NCBI GenBank assembly: GCA_040377305.1
Contig: JBEIPA010000019.1
Coordinates: 1 to 64,000, forward strand
Direction: 5' to 3'
DNA from: Flavobacteriales bacterium
GTDB lineage: Bacteria > Bacteroidota > Bacteroidia > Palsa-965
Length of the DNA stretch: 64,000 nt
The translations under genes were made by a program, and so were the position numbers. The notes under the pieces were generated by a model. That model saw nothing but the letters and a program-made list of their open reading frames with translations, was not told the origin of the DNA and did not search any database. Numbering within the stretch: position 1 is the stretch's first letter; each line of letters opens with the position of its first letter. Shown piece after piece: positions 47,430 to 57,846 of this stretch.

Positions 47430-49343
47430 CTATTCCACTACAATCTTCTGCACTCCCGAACGGGTTCCATCCTCATCAGAAACATTCAGAACGTAGACAC
47501 CAGGTGCAAGTGCGGAAACATCAATTGTGCTCGCGCCATTCGAAACCAGTTGGGTGAGAACAGTTCTTCCTGAAAGATCGATGAGGTTAGCGTTGAATTG
47601 TTTGTTTGCATCGAGCCCTGCGATCGTAATCTGATCTGTTGCCGGATTCGGAAACACAGCAAGCGATGACAAGGAATTCGTTTCCCCAACACCCGTTGTG
47701 TAGTAGGCATCAAACACCGGACGCATCATCAATGAACCTGCGAATACAGACGTGTACCAAACTCCAGACGTATTGTAATAAATTTTATCCTGCTGATTGT
47801 TTTCCAAATCCATTCCGATGTACAATCGATCACTTGCATCCTGCTGCCATCCTATGTAAAACGTTCCGCTCAGAGCAACAATTCCACTATCGATGGTGTA
47901 GTGCATAAAACGGTTCGGGCAATCCAAAGAGTAATCCGGAGTTTCGTTACGCTGCTGGTATATAATTTGTCCCGGACCGTTGTTCGCTGTGCTGTGATTC
48001 CAAACCGTGAGACGGAATGTACGCAAGTCAATATTGTCTATATCCAACACGGGAAGGAAATACATCTGCACAGAAGTCAGCGTATCGAATACACCAACGG
48101 GTAAATCGAAACGATAAGCAAGCAATGAACCCGGACCGAAAATGCCGTAACCAACTTCGGCTGTACCATCATCATCGTATGCATATTGATTGTAGAATCG
48201 TTGGTAATAGTAAGCCGTGTCTTCTGCATTTGGACTTACTGAATTACCCAGTTTCAGACGATGACGGATCGTGTAGAATCCTGTGTCGGTAAGTTGAGCG
48301 TATGGATAACCCGTCGTCACATTCGTTATGCTCGGATCATCGGCGTACATTCCTGTCGCTCCAAATGGATCAATGTTTCCATCAGTGCCGGTGTCCGTCA
48401 ACACCAAACCGTTGACCGGATGATAAATATCCACGAAGTAAGTTGCCTGTCTTTGGTCAGTATCGTTGTTGCGAATCGTCATTCGATAGCTATTACCCAT
48501 CAATCCGTTGGATGTGGTATAATGATCGTAAGGAACCTGTTGGAAATCGTTCAACAAGCTAGGGAAGTTGTATGTAAAAAATACTCCCGCAGGCAACAGT
48601 GTATCAAACACAGAAGACTGATTATCCATTTTCACTTCGTCAATGTGCCAGTGGTCATTGCTTCCGCAACCCGATGCCCAATTCTTGAAACGAAAACGGA
48701 ATCCATTCGTGAAATAAGAAGCACTGTCCAACATGAATTGTGCAAGGTGGAAGGTTGAGTCAGTTCCTTGCGGATTGTAGCCTTCCATGAACCAAACTGT
48801 TTTCCAATTTTCCTGTGTTGAATTCCACGCAGGAATATTTATCTGGAGCAACAACGTGTCGTTCTGATTCGGAGCGTATCCTCTGCCCTGCGCTTCCCAC
48901 CAGAAACTGATCATGACAGAATCTGTCGGATCAAAATTCGAAAGGTTAATTGCTTTGCTCGTCAGTTCATCACAAGGCATTGAAGAATTCACCGAAGAAA
49001 GAATGTCGTACGGTTGACCAGCCCAATTCAATCCGTCGAACGTACACACGCCAAGATTCACCGGTGCAGTTGCCCAACCGCGATTTACATAAACACCCGG
49101 CTGCAATCCCATATCCCACATGATTGTATCCGGACGATGCGAATCATACATGAAGTTATCGCGCAATCCTTGTGCAGTGAACATAATGGTGTCCTGCACA
49201 GTTACCGGTGCAGACTGGCGAGCACGAGCACGCGCATCATCAGCCAACGGACCAAGTGATGTGAGTGGAGACAATAGTTCCTGCGCTCCCGCAGATAGAA
49301 GAATTAAAAATGCACTCGCTGTAAATACTAATTTCTTACTCAT
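47430..49343 (-). CDS. T9SS type-A substrate (conserved Bacteroidota protein)
   Basis: GVCTFDGL, DHWHID, YAYDD.GTAE, GSLMMRPVF; CTD VFPNPA..DLSGR..PGVYVL..KIVVE. Confidence 0.85.
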   Translation of the reverse strand: MSKKLVFTASAFLILLSAGAQELLSPLTSLGPLADDARARARQSAPVTVQDTIMFTAQGLRDNFMYDSHRPDTIMWDMGLQPGVYVNRGWATAPVNLGVCTFDGLNWAGQPYDILSSVNSSMPCDELTSKAINLSNFDPTDSVMISFWWEAQGRGYAPNQNDTLLLQINIPAWNSTQENWKTVWFMEGYNPQGTDSTFHLAQFMLDSASYFTNGFRFRFKNWASGCGSNDHWHIDEVKMDNQSSVFDTLLPAGVFFTYNFPSLLNDFQQVPYDHYTTSNGLMGNSYRMTIRNNDTDQRQATYFVDIYHPVNGLVLTDTGTDGNIDPFGATGMYADDPSITNVTTGYPYAQLTDTGFYTIRHRLKLGNSVSPNAEDTAYYYQRFYNQYAYDDDGTAEVGYGIFGPGSLLAYRFDLPVGVFDTLTSVQMYFLPVLDIDNIDLRTFRLTVWNHSTANNGPGQIIYQQRNETPDYSLDCPNRFMHYTIDSGIVALSGTFYIGWQQDASDRLYIGMDLENNQQDKIYYNTSGVWYTSVFAGSLMMRPVFDAYYTTGVGETNSLSSLAVFPNPATDQITIAGLDANKQFNANLIDLSGRTVLTQLVSNGASTIDVSALAPGVYVLNVSDEDGTRSGVQKIVVE

Positions 49344-50140
49344 GGATTCTGATTTGAAGTATCACCACTAATCTTCGCCTTGTCGAATGTGACGCGAAGA
49401 TCAACAGTTGTACCTGGTATTATTTTTCTACCGGCTCCGGGAGCAGGAACCTGTTCGTAAACTATTGCATTCAATGTGTCTTTCACGCCATCGTCAGGGA
49501 TAACCATCCATTCGAGATTCATGTCCATCAGTTTGCCTCGCGCCTGACGGAAAGTTAAACCAACAAGACTCGGAACACTGATGTCGGTAGAGCTTTCTTC
49601 CCCTTTTCCAACATGAAGATTTATTCCCTGACCTTTTTCAATCGGTGTTCCCGGTTCAATGTATTTCCCATTGTACAATTGGTTTACAACAGCACCGCGA
49701 TTCGGATCGTCAACTTCCTTAAACGTTGGTTTCAATCCGTAACTCTCGCAGATGTATTGTGCCTGTCGTTGCGACAAATCGATCAGCTTCGGCATCGCAA
49801 TCATCGGCGGAACGATAGACGTGGTGTACAGATAAACCATACGCCCCGACTTCACACTGTCGCCGGGAGCAGGATCCTGTCGAATTACAACTCCTTTTGC
49901 TTTTTGCGGATCCCACAGTGAATCTACAATCGTGTAGCGAATATCTTTTTCCGTTGTGAATTCTTCGAGTTGCGTATACTGCATGTCGATGAAATCAGGC
50001 ACTTCAACAAACTCATCGTGACGGGTAAAACTTTCCATCCACGCAAAAGTTGCCCATAGGAAAACGAAGAGAATGATTCCAGCGAAAAATATGCTGATGA
50101 TCAACGGACGTTTTTTCAATATACCTATGAACTTCTTCAT
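49340..50140 (-). CDS. PASTA domain protein
   Basis: N-terminal TM; three PASTA repeats (VPDF, MPKL, VPSLVG; Q.P.PG). Confidence 0.9.
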   Translation of the reverse strand: MKKFIGILKKRPLIISIFFAGIILFVFLWATFAWMESFTRHDEFVEVPDFIDMQYTQLEEFTTEKDIRYTIVDSLWDPQKAKGVVIRQDPAPGDSVKSGRMVYLYTTSIVPPMIAMPKLIDLSQRQAQYICESYGLKPTFKEVDDPNRGAVVNQLYNGKYIEPGTPIEKGQGINLHVGKGEESSTDISVPSLVGLTFRQARGKLMDMNLEWMVIPDDGVKDTLNAIVYEQVPAPGAGRKIIPGTTVDLRVTFDKAKISGDTSNQNP

Positions 50141-50141
50141 G

Positions 50142-52835
50142 CTATGCAGGAACTTTTGGGGAACGCTCTTTCCGGCGGAATGAGAAATCCAGGATTTTGT
50201 CAATGAACTCGTAAGGCTTGTATGCGTTAATCGCTGCCTGGTGGAAAATGCATGTTGCAGGAGTCATTCCCGGTAAGGAATTAACTTCTACAAAAATGAC
50301 TTCCACTTTATCGGGGTTGTAAATGCGAACAAAAGCATCGATGCGCGTATAGCCTTGTATGTTGAGAAGACGTGCTGCTGCACCCAAAGTTGCCTTCACA
50401 TGATCAGATATTTTCTGGCGATTTTGGGAATTGGCATCATACCTCGCAGGAGTGATATTCTGACCTTGACCGGCGAGGAACTTCTCCTCCAGTGAAAGGA
50501 CTTCTCCCTCTGAAAGCGCCTCAGAAGCCTCAAAAACTTCGTATTCCACTTCACCATTCGAACCGTAACGCGTTAGCATTCCACCCGTAATCTCGAGAAA
50601 ATGCGGTGCGTCTTTTCGGCTAATGAGCTCTTCCACAAGGAAAACCTTCTTCAGTGGAAACTCTTCCTTGGCTTTGATCTTCAAAATCTCTGCCGACTTC
50701 GGATCCAACTCCTCCGACTTCCGGAAAATCAAATTCACGAAAGCTTCAAATTCTTCTTTCGTTTTGATCTTACGCACTGCAGAACTGCAACCATCATCAA
50801 CCGGTTTTGCGATGAATGGCCATTTGATATTCGCGTCTATCGCAGCCATGATTCCGGCTTTGTTCGTCGCCCACTCTTCTTCAGTCACGAGCATGTGTTC
50901 TGCAATGAGGAATCCGTTCTTGCGAAGAATCTCATTCGTCGTGTACTTGTCGATTGTGATCTCCGAACTTTCCTGGCCGGAACCGTTGTAAGGAATTCCT
51001 AGTGCTTCCAGTTTCGATTGCACTGCACCATCTTCACCCGGACGACCATGCAAGCCAATGAAAACTGCATCAGCATATTCACCGAGCTCTTCATACGTCA
51101 AACGTTTCGGTGCGGCAAGTGCATCGCTTGATGAATATCGTTTCGTAATGTCGGAACACTTCGCGATGATGTTTTTAATCACCGGATGCACTTTCCATTG
51201 CGTAATTTTTTCCTTGATGTCGTCGGCATTATCCTTGAGCAGCACATTGATCGGAACGTGATACAGTTCGTGATTGTCAGTTCCACCTGTGAGAAAAACC
51301 GGAATCGGCTGATATTTTGTCGACGATGCAAGCTTCTCGTAAATATTTCTTCCGCTCTCTACGGAGATGTGACGTTCCGAAGAATATCCGCCAAAGAGAA
51401 CAGCTACGCGCGTTTTGTTTGATGCAAGATTGCGCGCGGCAGTCATTGCATCGTCCAATGTTTTCAGAATGGAATCGTAGCGATGTCCGTTCTTGTCGGC
51501 TTTAATTCGCGATATGAGTGAAGTGCGAATAATGAAGCTCAGAAACTGCGATGGATTCAATCCGATTTCAGCAGCCTGGTGAAAGAAGAACGATGAAGGC
51601 ATCATTCCCGAAGTTGTATTCGGATCGTTGAGGAAAATGGTTCCCTCTTTCGAAATGAATCCGTCGATACGTGCGTAGACATCGAAACCAAGTGTCAAGA
51701 ATAGTTTCTCGCAGGACTGACGAATCTTTTCGATTTGTTCATCCGGCAATTCTATTGGAGTAATCTTGCGTGAAAGCCCGGGCAGATATTTCGAACGGTA
51801 ATCGAACAACTCTTTTCCTTTACGTATTTCCGTTGGAGGAAGCGCAACCGGATTGTTCTGCTCGTCCTGCACCACAATGCAGGAGAATTCTTTTCCTTCG
51901 ATGAAGCCTTCGATGAGGATTTCACTTTCAGCATCAAGTGCTTCGAGTGTAATCTCTTTCATTCCGGACTTCAATATTGAATTGAGCTTCGCTTCAAGGG
52001 CATCCGGATGATAAATGGCTTCACCATTCAGGAGAACAGGCAGACCGATTCCTTCACGAATATCAGAAGCCGTTCGAATCCATTCGTTCTTCTCGTCAGC
52101 AGATTTTGTATTCCATTCGCCGGCAGAAATTGTTTTGCAGAAGAATGCTTTGCCAACTGCTTCTGCAAATGCAGGTTCAGATTCGGCAGTGATTATTGAA
52201 ATTCCTATCGAAGATCCTTGTGTTGCAGCTTTCACTACAAGCGGAAATCCGATTTCAGTTTTTGCTTTGTTGTAAATCGCGGAAATGTTTCCCGAAGTAA
52301 AATCGTTTCGGCTAACCGTGATGAACTTCGGTGAAGGAAATCCTGCCGCAACCATTAATTTCTTCTGCACGGGTTTATCAATACCAATTGCAGAAGGAAG
52401 AATGCCGGAACCAGAATAAGCTATTCCGTGATATTCGAGCAAACCCTGAATCTTTCCGTCTTCACCGAAAGGTCCGTGCAAACACAGGAATGCAAAATCA
52501 AAATGCTTTTTGAAATCACCAGCGTTTAACGGAGTGCCGAGACGTTTCATCATTTCCAGCTGAACATCTTCAGAAGGATTCAATGACTCTGCATAAACCT
52601 GAAATTCGCCTGGAGACGCAGGTACAAATTCAACCGGCGGATAAAAATCGCGAATGCTGCCTTTGTAAACGAATTCCCAATTCAGAAGAATGAATCGATT
52701 GAAACTGTCCACGAAAATGGGCACAGCTTCGAACAGCGATTTATCGAGATTATCATAAACGGTTCGGCCGCCAGCAAAAGAGATTTCACGCTCTCGCGAT
52801 GAGGCTCCGAAAATGATTCCAACACGAACTTTCAT
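50142..52835 (-). CDS. ddl: D-alanine--D-alanine ligase family, two tandem Ddl domains
   Basis: LHG..GEDG occurs twice, as do the S.E..IS, RID and N..(S/P)GM motifs. Confidence 0.9.
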   Translation of the reverse strand: MKVRVGIIFGASSREREISFAGGRTVYDNLDKSLFEAVPIFVDSFNRFILLNWEFVYKGSIRDFYPPVEFVPASPGEFQVYAESLNPSEDVQLEMMKRLGTPLNAGDFKKHFDFAFLCLHGPFGEDGKIQGLLEYHGIAYSGSGILPSAIGIDKPVQKKLMVAAGFPSPKFITVSRNDFTSGNISAIYNKAKTEIGFPLVVKAATQGSSIGISIITAESEPAFAEAVGKAFFCKTISAGEWNTKSADEKNEWIRTASDIREGIGLPVLLNGEAIYHPDALEAKLNSILKSGMKEITLEALDAESEILIEGFIEGKEFSCIVVQDEQNNPVALPPTEIRKGKELFDYRSKYLPGLSRKITPIELPDEQIEKIRQSCEKLFLTLGFDVYARIDGFISKEGTIFLNDPNTTSGMMPSSFFFHQAAEIGLNPSQFLSFIIRTSLISRIKADKNGHRYDSILKTLDDAMTAARNLASNKTRVAVLFGGYSSERHISVESGRNIYEKLASSTKYQPIPVFLTGGTDNHELYHVPINVLLKDNADDIKEKITQWKVHPVIKNIIAKCSDITKRYSSSDALAAPKRLTYEELGEYADAVFIGLHGRPGEDGAVQSKLEALGIPYNGSGQESSEITIDKYTTNEILRKNGFLIAEHMLVTEEEWATNKAGIMAAIDANIKWPFIAKPVDDGCSSAVRKIKTKEEFEAFVNLIFRKSEELDPKSAEILKIKAKEEFPLKKVFLVEELISRKDAPHFLEITGGMLTRYGSNGEVEYEVFEASEALSEGEVLSLEEKFLAGQGQNITPARYDANSQNRQKISDHVKATLGAAARLLNIQGYTRIDAFVRIYNPDKVEVIFVEVNSLPGMTPATCIFHQAAINAYKPYEFIDKILDFSFRRKERSPKVPA

Positions 52836-52842
52836 AGGTCAA

Positions 52843-52850
52843 CAAAGATA
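52843..52850 (-). promoter_or_regulatory. Bacteroidota -7 box (TATCTTTG)
   Basis: Exact TAnnTTTG just upstream of the ddl ATG. Confidence 0.6.
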
Positions 52851-52950
52851 ATTGTTTGAAAGCCGGTTTTGGCTCTAAAAAGCCTTGGTTTTCAATAAGT
52901 GTTGTTGATAAATCCACAAGTGTCGTACTACCTAGATCAACATCCTCTTC

Positions 52951-53021
52951 TTTAACCACAAAGTCGCGAAGCCGCTAAGGCACGCAAAGAATAATCTGCG
53001 TAATCTGCGAATCTGCGGCAA
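52951..53021. repeat. Short periodic repeat patch (AATCTGCG x3, preceded by ~9-nt C..AAG-like motifs)
   Basis: AATCTGCG at 52993, 53002, 53010, directly behind the rdgB stop. Confidence 0.7.
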
Positions 53022-53026
53022 ATATT

Positions 53027-53602
53027 TTACTGCTGATTAAGGTAGTCAAGTAGTTTTTTGACCGCTCGGGCCCTATGACTCCACTGATTTTTCTCTTCCA
53101 GCGTCATCTCCGCAAATGTCTTTTCGCTGCCATCCGGAACGAAAATCGGGTCGTAACCGAAGCCTTTTTCGCCTCTGGGTTCCGTGATAATCGAGCCGTT
53201 TACTATTCCTTCGAACAAGTGTTGCTCGCCATTTCGGATTAACGCAATAACCGTCCGAAATTGTGCTTTTCTATTGGCAATTCCGGTCAACTCCTTGAGC
53301 ACTTTTGCGCAATTATCAGCCGCATTCTTCTGTTCACCTGCATAACGGGCCGAAATAACCCCGGGAGCACCATTCAACGCTTCGATCTCGAGTCCAGTGT
53401 CATCCGCAAATGCAGATTCGCCTGTTTTATCTGCAACAAAAACTGCTTTCTGAACAGCATTTTCCTCCAACGTCTCCCCTGTTTCTTCCAGTTCTTCGCT
53501 GGTAACCGCATCAATTCCCATCAGTTCAATTCCCACAGGAAGAACCGAGGAAATTTCTTTGATCTTATTCTGATTTTGGGAGGCAAAGTAGATTTTACTC
53601 AT
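53027..53602 (-). CDS. rdgB: RdgB/HAM1 non-canonical purine NTP pyrophosphatase
   Basis: ASQNQNKIKE, ADDTGLE..GAPGVISARYAG, GFGYDPIF, SHR. Confidence 0.95.
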   Translation of the reverse strand: MSKIYFASQNQNKIKEISSVLPVGIELMGIDAVTSEELEETGETLEENAVQKAVFVADKTGESAFADDTGLEIEALNGAPGVISARYAGEQKNAADNCAKVLKELTGIANRKAQFRTVIALIRNGEQHLFEGIVNGSIITEPRGEKGFGYDPIFVPDGSEKTFAEMTLEEKNQWSHRARAVKKLLDYLNQQ

Positions 53603-53654
53603 CGATATCATTTTCAATTTTCGGATTCCTGAACCATGAAGATACCACCCGGTT

Positions 53655-54785
53655 TCATCGCTTATAAAACGAGCTGATTGCATCACATACGCGATCTACA
53701 TCAGCAATTTCTAAATCGTAATACATCGGCAAACGCAACAAGCAATACATGAAGCGATCGCTGTTTGGTAATTCTCGTCCATCATGCTGCTTTGAAAAAT
53801 ACGGACTGCTGTGCAGCGATAAGTAATGAAACACGGCATCAATTCCTTTGACAGAAAGATGCTTTGTTAACGCTGTTCTTTCTTCAAGCGATTTGCACGT
53901 GATGTAAAACAAATGCCCGTTTCCGCTGATGTGCGGCGACAAACCAAGTAGCCCATCTTGTGCAAGCGGTTGCAACTTTTCATTGTATCGTGCACACAAA
54001 ACCGTGCGTTTGAGAGTAACTGCCTCTGCTTTCTCTAATTGTGCCGCCAGTATTGCTGCACTGAATTCGGACATCAGATAAGAAGAGCCAATATCTACCC
54101 AGCTGTAATGGTCCGTTTCCATGCGTGAAAACGCTTTACGGTTGGTTCCCTTTTCCCGAATAATTTCAGCCCGCTGCTGCAGCGATTTGTCATTGATGGT
54201 AATTAATCCACCTTCACCGCACGACACATTTTTTGTCTCGTGAAATGACATAGTTCCAATTGATCCGAATGTGCCGAGATATTTTTCATTGTGAGCTGCA
54301 TAGAAACCATGAGCGGCATCTTCAACAATGTGAATGCCATTTTTCAACGCAATCGATGACAACGCATCCATGTCACAACCCACACCGCCGTAATGAACAA
54401 CCACGATGGCTTTCGTTTTAGGCGTAACGAGTTTTGTAACTTCATTCGCATCAATATTCGGATGATCTGCACAGCTATCTGCAAATACAATCTTTGCCCC
54501 ACGCAATGCAAATGCATTTGCTGTTGAAACAAACGTGTAGGATGGCATGATGACTTCATCTCCAGGTTGAATATTCAGCAACAAAGCCGCCATCTCCAGA
54601 GCATGAGTACACGAAGGGGTGAGCAAAGTCTTTCCGAAACCGAATTTCTGCTCGAAGAACTGTTCGCAGTTGCGGGTGAACACGCCGTCGCCGGAGAATT
54701 TTCTGCTGGCGATTACGTGCTGAACATTTTCAGCTTCCTTGCCGGAAACAAAAGGGCGATTGAAAAAAATGTGAGCGGATGACAC
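53655..54785 (-). CDS. wecE: dTDP-4-amino-4,6-dideoxygalactose transaminase (WecE/RffA)
   Basis: SGDGVFT..C, LTPSCTHALEMAA, EDAAH, SFHETKN..GEGG, REKGTNR. Confidence 0.9.
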   Translation of the reverse strand: MSSAHIFFNRPFVSGKEAENVQHVIASRKFSGDGVFTRNCEQFFEQKFGFGKTLLTPSCTHALEMAALLLNIQPGDEVIMPSYTFVSTANAFALRGAKIVFADSCADHPNIDANEVTKLVTPKTKAIVVVHYGGVGCDMDALSSIALKNGIHIVEDAAHGFYAAHNEKYLGTFGSIGTMSFHETKNVSCGEGGLITINDKSLQQRAEIIREKGTNRKAFSRMETDHYSWVDIGSSYLMSEFSAAILAAQLEKAEAVTLKRTVLCARYNEKLQPLAQDGLLGLSPHISGNGHLFYITCKSLEERTALTKHLSVKGIDAVFHYLSLHSSPYFSKQHDGRELPNSDRFMYCLLRLPMYYDLEIADVDRVCDAISSFYKR

Positions 54786-54881
54786 TGGTATAAAGATAAC
54801 ATTCCCATCCTAGTAGTAAATCCAGGACAATCTCATTCTTACATAATTCCTATCTTGTCTCACTACTTTCCCCGTTGAAAC

Positions 54882-56024
54882 GTGAAGCTGAATAACACAC
54901 ATTTTCCCAATCTGGATGCTGTAAGAGGCTTTGCTTGTCTCATCGTTTTTGTCGCACACTTTTTCGAGTATGTCAATAACAGGGATCTTTCGGCCGTCGA
55001 ACAGTGGGGCTATATTCATCTTATTCAAGGTGCTGGCGCCATGGGTGTAAGCCTGTTCTTTGTGCTTAGTGGATTTCTCATTACATATTTGCTCATCCGC
55101 GAGAAAGAAGCACGCAAGACTATTCATGTCGGATTCTTCTACATGAAACGAATTCTGAGAATATGGCCCTTATTCTTTCTGATCGTCCTCATTACCTTTT
55201 TCATTTTCCCGCTGGCCACTGGTCGCTATGACGGAGAGCTCACGAGACAACACCTTCCCTGGTTTTTAACTTTCACAATTAATTTCGACCGGATTCTCAC
55301 AAACTTCTTCGGTATTGGAAATGATTGCGCAGGTGTTCTGTGGTCTGTAGCGGTTGAGGAGCAGTTCTACATTGTATGGCCGCTCATTGTTCTCATTTTC
55401 CGAAAGCGTTCATTTCCCATTGTTGCAATTTTAATTGTAATTGGATCTGCGCTATTCAGACACGTTTATAAAACGGACAATGACATGTTGCTCTATCATA
55501 CCGCAAGTGTTGCCGGTGATTTAGCACTCGGTGGACTCGCAGCATATTATGGCTTTTATTCTGAAGCATTCCGCAATTTTTTCAGAAATCGCCCTACCTG
55601 GTTTCGCGCAAGTATGTTGGCAGGTATAGTGTTTGTTTTTGCCAATCACTATCTATTGTTGCATGCACCTATTACTGCAGTTGCAGGTAGATTCATACTC
55701 GCTTTCAGCTTTGCTTTGCTAATTAGCGATCAATGTTTCGGAAATCCCAAACAATTCTCTGCTGGCCGTATTCCCTTTCTGTCCCAAATCGGGAACATCT
55801 CCTATGGTATTTACTGTTTTCACATGTTCCTGGTTGTAGGCGTACTGAAATTTAACCTTGCCATGGGATATGAACGACTGCCCGCATTGCTGTTTTACCT
55901 TGAAATGCTTTCTGCACTATTGCTCACTGTAGGTGTTTCCGCATTGAGTTATAGGTACTTCGAACGTCCTATTCTGAACTTCCGTTCACGCTTCGACTCC
56001 ATGCGAGACTTGAACAAAGGATAA
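54882..56024 (+). CDS. Acyltransferase family 3 (OafA-like)
   Basis: LDAVRG, GVSLFFVLSGFLIT, KRILRIWP, WSVAVEEQFY, SYRYFERP. Confidence 0.93.
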   Translation: MKLNNTHFPNLDAVRGFACLIVFVAHFFEYVNNRDLSAVEQWGYIHLIQGAGAMGVSLFFVLSGFLITYLLIREKEARKTIHVGFFYMKRILRIWPLFFLIVLITFFIFPLATGRYDGELTRQHLPWFLTFTINFDRILTNFFGIGNDCAGVLWSVAVEEQFYIVWPLIVLIFRKRSFPIVAILIVIGSALFRHVYKTDNDMLLYHTASVAGDLALGGLAAYYGFYSEAFRNFFRNRPTWFRASMLAGIVFVFANHYLLLHAPITAVAGRFILAFSFALLISDQCFGNPKQFSAGRIPFLSQIGNISYGIYCFHMFLVVGVLKFNLAMGYERLPALLFYLEMLSALLLTVGVSALSYRYFERPILNFRSRFDSMRDLNKG

Positions 56025-56125
56025 CGACTCGTTCACCACGATTTGAACTTGCTTCCTCGTATTTGCATCTGTCAATGGAAAAATCGCTGTATTTCGACGA
56101 ATTGAGTATCTTGTACACCTAGAAT

Positions 56126-57034
56126 ATGTGCGCATTAGCTTCCAGAAATAGTGGTGGAAAAATCTCATTGATGATAGTTGGGGCTCAAAAAGCCGGAACT
56201 ACTTCATTCAAAAATTATCTGGGACAACACCCCGCGTTGACCACGCACTATCAAAAGGAATTCGCCTATTTCGTTGACGACTCCGAATTTCAAAGTGGTT
56301 ATCCCGAAGCACTCTCCAAGTATTTTCCTAAATACGATCAAAATTCAATACTCATTGCCAAAAGTGCTGGTTTGTATATCCACGAACCTGGTCTCAAGCG
56401 CCTGAAAGAGCATAATCCTGATTGTAAACTTGTTTTCATTCTGAGGAATCCGGTGGAACGCACTTACTCCTCTTACCTGATGGAAAAAAATTACGGTGCA
56501 ATACGGGAGCCTGTGGATGTGATTGATAAAATCATTCAGAAAAAAGATTCTACAGACTGGCGTTACGAGTTTTTCATCGGGATGAGTTTGTATGCACATC
56601 ATCTGGAAATTGTCTATCGGTATTTCCCGAAGGAGCAGGTTCGTCTGATCCGTTTTGAAGACTTGATTTCTACTCCGGCGAATTATTGCAAGAACATATT
56701 CGAATGGATGGGATTAGACAGTGATTTTGTGCCCGATACAACCGTTCGTCATAACGAAACAACGGTAACGCGTTCTCAGACGTATGGCAAAATTCTCTTG
56801 CGCGTATTGAGTAATAAAAATCCGCTCAAATCTGTGATGCGGCATATATTACCTGGTCAGATGGATTATCGTGTTGGGGAAGCCATGCGCAGAATTAATC
56901 GTACCGAAAAAAAGTACGATCCAATTCCTGAGAAAACACTTCTGAAGTTGCTTCACTTTTTCGAAGCACACAATAACAAGCTTAGTCAAATGACTGGTCT
57001 TGATTTCTCCTCATGGAATAATAAGCCGGAATAA
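56126..57034 (+). CDS. PAPS-dependent sulfotransferase
   Basis: 5'-PSB GAQKAGTTS; 3'-PB LRNPVERTYS. Confidence 0.9.
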   Translation: MCALASRNSGGKISLMIVGAQKAGTTSFKNYLGQHPALTTHYQKEFAYFVDDSEFQSGYPEALSKYFPKYDQNSILIAKSAGLYIHEPGLKRLKEHNPDCKLVFILRNPVERTYSSYLMEKNYGAIREPVDVIDKIIQKKDSTDWRYEFFIGMSLYAHHLEIVYRYFPKEQVRLIRFEDLISTPANYCKNIFEWMGLDSDFVPDTTVRHNETTVTRSQTYGKILLRVLSNKNPLKSVMRHILPGQMDYRVGEAMRRINRTEKKYDPIPEKTLLKLLHFFEAHNNKLSQMTGLDFSSWNNKPE

Positions 57035-57844
57035 ATGGAATACGAAATCAAGCCTACGGAAAAGTTCAGTCTCGGCACAAAGGAATTGTGGCAGTACCGC
57101 GAACTTTTCTATTTTTTCACATGGCGCGATATCCGGATTAAATACAAACAAACATTTCTCGGATTTGCATGGGCTTTGATCCAGCCACTCGCATTCATGT
57201 TGGTGTTTACAATGATCTTCGGGAAAAACATTTCCAACACAAGTGTGCCCTATCCGGTATTTGCGTTCACAGGATTAGCGTTATGGAATATTTTTGCGAC
57301 GGGAATCTCTGCTGCCGGAAACAGCATGGTCTCTAATTCGCACATCATCCGCAAAATCTATTTTCCGCGTTTGATTATTCCGATCTCTTCGATACTCGTC
57401 GCGTTCTTCGATTTTCTCATGACCATACCTGTTATCATCGTGATGCTAGTGTGGTTCAAGTGCTCGCCAGATTGGGCTTCGATCTGGATGCTCCCAACTG
57501 CTTTGCTCTTTGCGGTCATCGGCACAGTTGGTCCTGGATGTCTGCTCGCTGCGTTGAATGTAAAATATCGTGATTTCCGCTACGTGATTCCCTTCCTCGT
57601 ACAGTTCCTGTTGTTCGTTACACCGGTGATCTACCCGATTGATTTCATTGGGAACAAAACACTTCAGCATGTTCTCTCGCTCAATCCCATGTCGGCACCT
57701 ATTTCCTTGTTCCGCGGATTTGTGTTGGGCACACCCGTGGAAATCATTCCATGTATTGTAAGTCTGTGCTCCGCCCTTTTCTTTTTTGCAATAGGAATTG
57801 CTGTGTTTCGCAAAACCGAAAGAACATTTGCTGATTTGGCATAA
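57035..57844 (+). CDS. wzm: Polysaccharide ABC transporter permease
   Basis: ELWQYREL..RDIRIKYKQTFLG..W..IQPL; KIYFPR; TPVIYP; FADL. Confidence 0.93.
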   Translation: MEYEIKPTEKFSLGTKELWQYRELFYFFTWRDIRIKYKQTFLGFAWALIQPLAFMLVFTMIFGKNISNTSVPYPVFAFTGLALWNIFATGISAAGNSMVSNSHIIRKIYFPRLIIPISSILVAFFDFLMTIPVIIVMLVWFKCSPDWASIWMLPTALLFAVIGTVGPGCLLAALNVKYRDFRYVIPFLVQFLLFVTPVIYPIDFIGNKTLQHVLSLNPMSAPISLFRGFVLGTPVEIIPCIVSLCSALFFFAIGIAVFRKTERTFADLA

Positions 57845-57846
57845 CC

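Noticed and set aside
50142-52835. van-type glycopeptide resistance cluster
   Set aside because: No vanH/X/R/S; housekeeping context next to the PASTA gene
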